In this document: positions 57,201 through 64,000 of the stretch, one piece after another
Position numbering within the stretch: the first letter of the stretch is position 1
Layout of the letters: each line of letters begins with the position of its first letter
From: Sphaerodactylus townsendi
Lineage: Eukaryota
Assembly: GCF_021028975.2 (NCBI RefSeq)
Contig: NC_059437.1
Span: 53,196,001-53,260,000, forward strand
Direction of reading: 5' to 3'
DNA length: 64,000 nucleotides
Notes under the pieces: generated by a model
Databases searched by the model: none
The model's input: the letters and a program-made list of their open reading frames with translations, nothing else
Told to the model about the DNA's origin: nothing
Translations under genes and position numbers: made by a program

Positions 57201-60200
57201 GCACTCCAGATGTTCATGGACTACAATTCCCCTCATGGACTACAATTCCCCATGGCCAATTGGCCATGCTGGCAGGGGCTGACGGGAATTGTAGTCCATG
57301 AACATCTGGAGTGCCATAGGTTCGCCACCATGGTCCTAAGAGAATGCTTGGGGAAGAGGCCTTGTGCATGATGCTTGATTGCCACTTCATCAAAAAAAAA
57401 CCAACAACAAGCACTTCTGTTTGTTGTTATGTTGCAGGGGAGTGTTTCAGTCTCTCATTGAAAAGCATTTCCCAGCTCCTGACCGAAAGAAGCTGTTTAG
57501 TTTACTCGGGATAGACTTGTCTGCTCAAAGTAATAACAACTCGCCCAGGGACAGTCCTTGCCAGGAGGATAAAGTAAAGAAACGCAAAGGTAAGAGCGGC
57601 ATTCTGAAGCTGCAGAGTTATGCTGATGTAATGATTTCTTTCTTAGCGCTTGAGATAAATTCTTTAGAAGGTTGTTTAGACCTGGGCACTGAGAGCCACT
57701 GAAAGAGCTTATCCTGAATGGGGCGAAGTTTATACACAAGGTCAGTTGTTAATGTGCACTTACCCATATTGTGGAACTGTTGGCCTAAAACGTTCACAGT
57801 TGTCCTTCTGTGGTGGGCCTGCATATCAGAGGAGGTGAAACTGGAGTGGTGGACTGGTGGGTTAGGAACCCCTTTTGACATATGACCGTTTTCATCTTGC
57901 AGTGGTGGTGTGGGAGGGATGGTGCCACTCTTTTCCGCAGTGTAGTGACAGAATAGCTGGTAGTATTCCTCTTGAGAGCAGTGAGGCTCCATCTTCATAG
58001 GACTACATCCACTGTAGACTGACTGGGTCTTCTACTGCACCAGTGCAAACCTGGAAGCTTTAACTGGGTGTGCATTGCAGACTCTGCCTACTAAATTCTC
58101 TACCACATCCCAGATGTGACTAATCTGGTTAGCTCTATGTGGATTGAGTGGTCATGTAATTTTAGTAGGGGGGGGGCTTTGGTTGGAGTTGTAGATGATA
58201 TTCTCACGGAGTTGTTTATATACTTGTATTTTTTGGGGGGTGTTCTTTTATTATTGTACCCCACCAAGGGACTTTGGTGGTAGGCAGGAAATAAATTTAC
58301 ATTAATAAAATAATCTCTCGTGTCATTAAGCTCAGTGTTACTTGGGACTGTATTATGCAGTCCTGTTTCAGGCTTCTCAGAATTAAATTCCACCGAGCTC
58401 AACAGGACTTACTTGCAGGCAAATGTGGATAGCATGAGCCCCTTTTCCTTATCAGTGGCGGTTTTGCGTGTTGCACTTGTGAAGCTTTGAACAGTGGACT
58501 AAGGAACCCAGTTACAGTCTTGAGTTGTTGCCAGTTTCTGCCATTTGCTAATACTTATACAGCTGCCAAGACGTTGCTAATAAACCATGGGGAGGCTGTG
58601 GGGATAGTGCACATATGCCATTCCAACTTCACTGGTTCATTTTCTTTGCCTTAAACAGGTGAAGAAATAACCAGAGAAGCCAAGAAAGCCCGTAAAAGTG
58701 GTGGACTGGCAGGGAGCAGTTCAGATGAAAGCTACAGTGAGTCGGAGATTTCGGACAACGAAGAGAGTGATAACGAGAGCTCCAAGTTTTTAAGCTCTGG
58801 GGACGACGACGACTTCAATCCATTTAGGGATGAATCTAGCGAGGATGATGAAGATGGTGAGACACCGTGAGGCTGCTGTTCGTCAAAAGTCATAGGGTCT
58901 CTCTTAAGTTGCACTCCTGCTTACCTGAGCAGTTTGGTGCATGATTTACCTGCATGGCCGAGCAGAAGTGTGATTTTCCAGGAAGCCAAACGTTTAGCTT
59001 GCTGCTTCAGTATTTTTTTTCTTCTCCTCCTCAGACCCCTGGTTAATTAGAAAAGAGCACAAGAAAACCAAGGAGAAGAAGAAAAAGAAAAGCATAGACC
59101 CCGACTCTATACAGAGTGCCTTACTCGCGTCTGGCTTAGGATCCAAAAGACCAAGTTCTCTCTCTTCTGCAGTTGTTACTTCATCCACTACTAATGCATC
59201 TGGTACGATGGACGTAGTACTCTTAAACTGGATTTTGGGAGGTGGGATTCTCTTTTTGCCAATGGAAAGAATACTTCCTGGCTTGTAAACTTAACTTCTT
59301 TTTTTGTATCCAGCCAACAGTAATACAAACAGCTACATCACTAGTCAGGATGCTGTGGAAAGAGCCCAGCAGATGAAGAAGGAATTGCTTGATAAACTGG
59401 AAAAACTCTCAGAAGATCTTCCTCCTAACACACTGGATGAGCTGATAGACGAACTGGGTGGTCCTGAAAATGTGGCAGAGGTAGGTGCTGAGGTCGTCAA
59501 CTGGAGTGGGCGGTCTTCTTGCCACTGAAGCAAGGAGCAGCAGTGGCGTAGGAGGTTAAGAGCTCGTGTATCTAATCTGGAGGAACCGGGTTTGATTCCC
59601 AGCTCTGCCGCCTGAGCTGTGGAGGCTTATCTGGGGAATTCAGATTAGCCTGTGCACTCCCACACACGCCAGCTGGGTGACCTTGGGCTAGTCACAGCTT
59701 TTCGGAGCTCTCTCAGCCCCACCCACCTCACAGGGTGTTTGTTGTGAGGTGGGAAGGGCAAGGAGATTGTAAGCCCCTTTGAGTCTCCTGCAGGAGAGAA
59801 AGGGGGGATATAAATCCAAACTCTTCTTCTTCTGAAGTAAAACTGGGGCCAGTACCTTTATACATTGATGGTCAGTAAATGTAAAATGTCCTTCAGTGAG
59901 GCTTTACAGTTTGCTTCTTGCTTGCTCATTGGAGCTGGGGGAAGGTGCTCCATTGAGCAATTGACAGGTGAATAGATTTATTGACCTGCTGGTCTTATCT
60001 TACAGAACATGAAAGGTTATAGGGTGAGCTTTTTCCCTTAGCAGTCCCAGAAACACACACAGTATTTGGTTTTGTTTTTATGGGATCCCCACGGCACTCT
60101 CTGGCAAACCAAACCATGCCTTGTTTCCAAAGATGACAGGTCGCAAAGGGAGAGTTGTGAGTAATGATGACGGGAGCATCTCTTATGAATCACGGTCTGA

Positions 60201-62738
60201 GCTTGACGTTCCTGTGGAAATCCTGAATATTACAGAGAAGCAGAGATTCATGAACGGAGATAAGGTAACCATTTCCAGTGCTTTGAGTCTTTAAGGAAGT
60301 GTTCTCATGCTGTATGTAAAATGCTTCATTTCAAAAAGAGGGCATAGTGTGTGGGTTTTTTTAATCCAAAATTGTTTTGGTGTAAACTAGCTGTTATTTA
60401 GAAACCTTGTGTGCAAATGGCTATGGCTTTGAGAAATTCCAAAGGACGAGCTGGGGTATGTTTCTTCTGGCAAGGTCATTCGGCTTGTTCTGATTCAAAG
60501 AAACTGGTTGGTACAAGACGTTGCTTTTTGAACATCCTACGCCCCAGCCGCTTTGATTCTGCTGAGTAACTGTGGGGCTGGATGCAGAATGTCTGCATTT
60601 GCCAGAAGAATTTGTGGGAAACCTTTAAAAAAATCTCTTTGGAAGCTTTATGTGTCAGTTGTCCAGGAAAAGGGGGGTTGTGCTTGCATTTCTTGTTTGC
60701 CAAGCATCAGTGTGCATAAACACACGCTGGATGACCCAAAAACTCTCCCATGAGCTGCCTAGGACAACAACATCCGTTAGAGACCAAAGCGTATAGGTCT
60801 TTGCTAAATGCTCCCTTTGTCTTTCCTTCCATTTAAAAAGAATATTGCCATCATCTCGGAAGCAGCCAGCTCGGGCATTTCGTTACAAGCCGATCGCCGA
60901 GCCAAAAACCAGAGGCGAAGGGTGCACATGACCTTGGAGTTGCCGTGGAGCGCCGATAGGGCAATACAGCAATTTGGTGAGCAGTTTGGTCCTTGCTTAA
61001 TGTGGAACGTTGATTGGGTAGGATGTGTGTTGGTCTGTAGTATTAGCAGTAAAAGACAGCTTCATCAAAGTGGTCCCAAGAACCCCGTTTCCTAAGAACC
61101 CCGTTTCAGGGGTCCCAAGTGGTCCATCCCAAAGTGGTCCCAAGAACCCCGTTTCAGGGCAGGGGTCCATCTCGTGCAGCGTCCTGTCTTTACCCAGTGC
61201 CCAGCAGCGAGGGATAGAGACTTTCCCCTGGTGATGTCTCCTGGCACTGGTATTCAGAGGTTGACTACCTCTAATTGTGGAGGTCTCCTTTAGTCATCAT
61301 GATAGGCTTATTCTCCAGGATTCTGTCAAATCCCATTGAAAGCCATCTGTGGTTGTCCCTGCACCCTCTGGCAGCAAGTTCTGTATTTTAATCACCTGTT
61401 GAGAATTTCCTCTTGTTCATCCTCAGTCATGAGCTTCATTGGGTTCCCCTGAGTTCTGATATTTTGGGGGGAAGAGAAAAAGGTCTGTTCTCTGTGTCTG
61501 CTCTTCTCCTTGCATAATTTGAAAAGTTCCTGTCATGTCTCCCATCTTCTCCCTTAATCCTCACTCTTCCAGACTGAAAAGTCTCACTCTTGATCCTTTT
61601 CTCCTGGAAAAGATGCTCCACCATCTAATGATCTTAGTCACCCTCTAGCTCTTCAGTGTCCTTTTTGAGGTACATTGACCAGTACTGCACACAGTGTTTA
61701 AAAATGAGGATGCACCACAGATCTATAATTCAATGTCATTCTGAAATTTTGTCTGAGTTGACAGGTGGAACTTGCTGTGCGAATTCCCCAATGTCCACTT
61801 TCACACAGCCTGTAGCGGTAGGTCTGATGAGCTCGAGCGCATCTCTGCAGTTCAGCCTAAGTTGGGTCTTAGTTGCCAGCAAGTCAAACTGGGAGTAATT
61901 TCATGAAGGATATGGTCGGTGACTCAATTGAGTGTTTAAAACAATGTAAATATTTGTTTAAATACTTGTTTAGTGATGCCTGGAGGAGGGTGGTGCACAT
62001 TTTTGTGATCTTGCCTCCCAAGCCACCTCCCAGATTTATAAGAGCTGACAGTAGCAACTTGAATGACCAAAATGCACTTTCCACTTAACGCAGGTCGAAC
62101 CCACAGGTCAAACCAAGTGACTGCCCCAGAATACGTCTTCCTAATTTCTGAGCTAGCAGGAGAACAGAGGTTTGCATCTATCGTGGCCAAACGACTGGAA
62201 AGCTTGGTAAGTTTGGATCAATGCATGCAAGCCTGGGTCAGCACATGTAGTTAGGTGTTTTCAAGCTCCAGGCCTTGTCAGTCTTCTTCATCAAAGTGTT
62301 GTTTCTTAACAGGGAGCTCTCACTCACGGAGACAGGAGGGCGACAGAAACGAGAGACCTGAGCAGGTTCAACTTTGACAACAAGGCAAGTATCTTTGTGT
62401 CTTTTTGACCTTTCTGCCGCTACTGTTTGGAGAATTAGCAGACTGTTACATTATCCTACCTTTCAGAGTTGCATCACTCTGCTTGCTGTTCCCTTTCTTT
62501 TGGGATGAGTAGAAGAAAATCTGTTTGGAGAGAGCAGCAACTGTTTCAGCCTTCAGAGGAAAGAACAATGTTACCCTGTTGAGTTGGATGTTTGTGTGTT
62601 CATTTGTTACACCAGCTTCTTTTTTAATCTTTAAACAGTATGGCCGGAATGCACTGGAAATTGTTATGAAGTCCATTGTAAACCTGGATTCCCCGTTAGT
62701 GTCTCCACCTCCTGACTACCCAGGAGAATTTTTTAAAG
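42147..62738 (+). CDS. SBNO1: Strawberry notch homolog 1, first 23 coding exons (gene continues beyond the window)
   Basis: Starts [22 protein letters not shown]; P-loop [15 protein letters not shown] box, helicase-C motif [11 protein letters not shown]. The 23 exons total 3193 nt with consistent phases. The window ends in a pyrimidine tract and AG. Confidence 0.97.
43061..43162 (+). CDS. SBNO1: SBNO1 coding exon 2
   Basis: [20 protein letters not shown]...LNIR. Confidence 0.93.
43737..44046 (+). CDS. SBNO1: SBNO1 coding exon 3
   Basis: [14 protein letters not shown]...IAQPVATAA. Confidence 0.95.
44168..44453. mobile_element. Non-autonomous hAT (related CAGTGGTGGGATTC termini)
   Basis: TSD GGTACAAC. 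Confidence 0.82.
45294..45394 (+). CDS. SBNO1: SBNO1 coding exon 4
   Basis: (T)[10 protein letters not shown]...MRSFSPTM. Confidence 0.93.
45636..47190 (-). mobile_element. Rex1/Babar-type LINE, 5'-truncated, frameshifted
   Basis: [71 protein letters not shown]; (ATTCT)n tail. Confidence 0.85.
47750..47846 (+). CDS. SBNO1: SBNO1 coding exon 5
   Basis: [32 protein letters not shown]. Confidence 0.95.
47952..48184. mobile_element. Penelope-like element, inverted pLTRs
   Basis: TSD TATTCCCCCTCA (47940-47951 and 48185-48196). Confidence 0.85.
48061..48103 (+). ncRNA. Minimal type I hammerhead ribozyme motif
   Basis: TCCT-CTGAAGA-T-GCC..GGC-GAAA-CGTC-AGGA: helix I, core, helix II, palindromic ACGT helix III, GUC site. 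Confidence 0.75.
48770..48930 (+). CDS. SBNO1: SBNO1 coding exon 6
   Basis: (L)[16 protein letters not shown]...EAITYAAQ. Confidence 0.95.
49188..49640 (-). mobile_element. Non-LTR retrotransposon 3' fragment (C-terminal Zn-knuckle, RTE-X-like)
   Basis: [32 protein letters not shown], short 3' UTR ending AATAAAGG. Confidence 0.6.
49927..50060 (+). CDS. SBNO1: SBNO1 coding exon 7 (Walker A)
   Basis: [30 protein letters not shown]... Confidence 0.96.
50149..50239 (+). CDS. SBNO1: SBNO1 coding exon 8
   Basis: [30 protein letters not shown]. Confidence 0.96.
51066..51227 (+). CDS. SBNO1: SBNO1 coding exon 9
   Basis: FKYGKISSK...WCGGDFDGV, followed by a U12-type donor. Confidence 0.95.
51228..51832 (+). 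other. SBNO1: U12-type (minor spliceosome) GT-AG intron
   Basis: Donor GTATCTTTT; branch site TTCCTTAAC at 51813-51821; no polypyrimidine tract before the AG at 51831-51832. Confidence 0.92.
51285..51446 (-). mobile_element. 5S rRNA-derived SINE fragment
   Basis: Minus strand GCCTGATCTTGTCAGATCTC..GCAGGGTC..AGTATTTGGATGGGAGACC..GGAATACC resembles the 5S internal promoter. Confidence 0.7.
51833..51968 (+). CDS. SBNO1: SBNO1 coding exon 10 (DECH box)
   Basis: [12 protein letters not shown]...YASAT. Confidence 0.95.
52050..52155 (+). CDS. SBNO1: SBNO1 coding exon 11
   Basis: (G)[14 protein letters not shown]...AVER. Confidence 0.95.
52596..52749 (+). CDS. SBNO1: SBNO1 coding exon 12
   Basis: [16 protein letters not shown]...SVKL. 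Confidence 0.95.
53207..53582 (-). mobile_element. Non-autonomous hAT, same family
   Basis: TSD CCATAGAA. Confidence 0.9.
53882..54231. mobile_element. hAT-Charlie-like MITE
   Basis: TIRs CAGTGGTTCTCAAAC / GTTTGAAAACCACTG; TSD not clean. Confidence 0.55.
54444..54626 (+). CDS. SBNO1: SBNO1 coding exon 13
   Basis: [10 protein letters not shown]...[13 protein letters not shown]...KNGK. Confidence 0.95.
54773..54870 (+). CDS. SBNO1: SBNO1 coding exon 14
   Basis: [14 protein letters not shown]...FVSTA. Confidence 0.95.
55222..55349 (-). mobile_element. Penelope-like element, solo pLTR 3' end
   Basis: Same sequence family, truncated at the 5' edge of the hammerhead. Confidence 0.82.
55307..55349 (-). 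ncRNA. Minimal type I hammerhead ribozyme motif
   Basis: TCCT-CTGATGA-T-GCC..GGC-GAAA-CGTC-AGAA. Confidence 0.65.
55432..55510. mobile_element. Palindromic hAT MITE, left arm internally deleted
   Basis: TIR GGGTCTGCAACCTGC at both ends; only one core motif is left. Confidence 0.75.
57182..57333. mobile_element. Palindromic hAT MITE with duplicated core motif
   Basis: TSD TCCTAAGA; TCATGGACTACAATTCCCC is tandemly duplicated. Confidence 0.88.
57438..57589 (+). CDS. SBNO1: SBNO1 coding exon 15
   Basis: [18 protein letters not shown]...KKRK. Confidence 0.95.
58659..58856 (+). CDS. SBNO1: SBNO1 coding exon 16
   Basis: (G)[12 protein letters not shown], acidic tract, DDDDFNPF. Confidence 0.94.
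59035..59202 (+). CDS. SBNO1: SBNO1 coding exon 17
   Basis: (D)[10 protein letters not shown]...[15 protein letters not shown]... Confidence 0.93.
59314..59480 (+). CDS. SBNO1: SBNO1 coding exon 18
   Basis: (A)NSNTNS...[21 protein letters not shown]. Confidence 0.95.
59534..59833 (+). mobile_element. Young tRNA-derived SINE (Squam3-like)
   Basis: Nearly identical to 22419-22720. Confidence 0.85.
60133..60264 (+). CDS. SBNO1: SBNO1 coding exon 19
   Basis: [10 protein letters not shown]...RFMNGDK. Confidence 0.95.
60841..60976 (+). CDS. SBNO1: SBNO1 coding exon 20
   Basis: [16 protein letters not shown]...ADRAIQQF. Confidence 0.95.
61066..61160. repeat. Complex local tandem duplication
   Basis: AAGAACCCCGTTTC x3 and AAGTGGTCC x3, interleaved. 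Confidence 0.85.
61200..61725 (-). mobile_element. Old degraded CR1 fragment
   Basis: Decayed similarity to the CR1 ORF2 C-terminus and 3' UTR. Confidence 0.5.
62094..62206 (+). CDS. SBNO1: SBNO1 coding exon 21
   Basis: (G)[13 protein letters not shown]...KRLESL. Confidence 0.95.
62313..62384 (+). CDS. SBNO1: SBNO1 coding exon 22 (GC donor)
   Basis: [24 protein letters not shown] then AAG|GCAAGT. Confidence 0.93.
62639..62738 (+). CDS. SBNO1: SBNO1 coding exon 23
   Basis: [11 protein letters not shown]...PGEFFK. Confidence 0.95.
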
Positions 62739-64000
62739 GTATGTGAAATTCATTTATCAGTACTTAATTGGGAATCACTTCTGATGTGCTCAGGGGAGCA
62801 TAGAATGAACTCAGGTCACTCGGTTGACTGTAACTTGAAACAGTTATGCTTTGTTGCTGTATGAACAAGCCGGGGAGATCCTCAGACTTAACGTTCACAG
62901 CAAAGCTGTTGGCTTAAAGGTCAGGATTAAACCAAAATGTTTGGAATCCTCGTTTGTGATTTTTGAACAAAATGGCAAAACTCTAGTTTACTGTAAAGAC
63001 TAAACTGTACTGTGGATGGCTAAGGATGTCAGGATACCTGCTCCGGAATGGCCAGTAGCCACCACAAGACAGCTTGGGAAGCAGGCTAACGGCAGTGAAT
63101 AAGCACACATACACGACTGGTATCGTTCCAAAACAGGAAGGTGCTTATCTTCTTGCTTCCAAAATACCAGATAACACAGTTCTCAGCAAACTTTTCTCTA
63201 CCGCTACCACCACATGACTCACAATCATCACACCACACCAACATTATCTCTTCTGCCCTTTTTATGGGAGCCTAGCTTGAGCTAGCCAATCATCATTTGG
63301 ATGATGCAATCCAACATCTGGACATTTAATTACATTGACCTTTAAGCTTTGCTGGCCTTGAGGTGTAGACCATAATATGTCCATACTGGCAAAGGAATCC
63401 TCCCAGTCTCAAAGCAGCAAATCTTGGTTTATAGTTGTATCCTAATTGAGCTGCTTTGCTGTCTTCCTGCCAGTGAATTCCATGAATGTTACTATTCAAG
63501 CTGAACAATTAGTTCTCAATTATTTGGTTCCATGGGCTGGCACTGGCTACAGAATGCCCTTCAGCAATGTATGCTTCCTTCATTCTGGATTAGTTTCATC
63601 CGGCCTTTCGGTGGTAGATTTAGCTGCCTGGTGGAGCTGCTGAATTTCAGAACTTTTGGGTGGGATCCCACTGATCCATTCAATTGATGGTAATATCTTC
63701 CCTTGAAAAGGACGGATGTTAGCAGAACAGGTCTGCAAGATCTAGCCCATTTAATATGTCAGATGAATAGGTTTCGTTTATTGTTTGTGGTTTCAGATCA
63801 TGGATTCCATGTACATGTTGGGTATGAAGGCAGGATAAAAACATGTAAAATATCTGAGCTGAAATTTTGTATTAAATTGTGCCATATCATGAGTAAAACT
63901 TAGATTAAAGGTTAGAAGTTATTTCTTAAGTAGCAAAGGTAAACTGTGAGGACAGGAATGCAAAGCATGAAATCCTTCATAATCTCTCTTACCCTTCTAG

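Noticed and set aside
62080-62312. CTTAAC motifs before two other SBNO1 acceptors suggesting more U12 introns
   Set aside because: Too close to the AG, and the matching donors are U2-type (GTGAGC, GTAAGT).

Overview
Vertebrate genomic DNA, almost certainly a squamate and probably a gecko, judged from the SINE, CR1, hAT and Penelope repeat content. The window holds the conserved block RILPL1 (+, last coding exon only), SNRNP35 (-, single coding exon), RILPL2 (+, 4 exons, 213 aa), KMT5A/SETD8 (-, 8 exons, 349 aa) and SBNO1 (+, 23 coding exons; the window ends on a probable splice acceptor). All exon boundaries were read by hand and are phase-consistent. Most ORFs in the supplied track are spurious. 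Main observations: (1) a family of short Penelope-like retroelement insertions carrying minimal type I hammerhead ribozymes, mostly as inverted repeats with TSDs, one with an intact core on the SBNO1 sense strand; (2) a U12-type minor intron and a GC-AG intron in SBNO1, about 40 kb from the gene for the U11-35K minor-spliceosome protein; (3) a candidate 45-nt in-frame SBNO1 cassette exon; (4) palindromic hAT MITEs carrying two ZNF143/THAP11-type motifs under interchangeable termini; (5) a Rex1/Babar LINE that may be horizontally transferred; (6) short locally templated insertions in RILPL2 introns; (7) a cluster of nine E-boxes in the divergent KMT5A/SBNO1 promoter. Family names come from recognition, not database searches.
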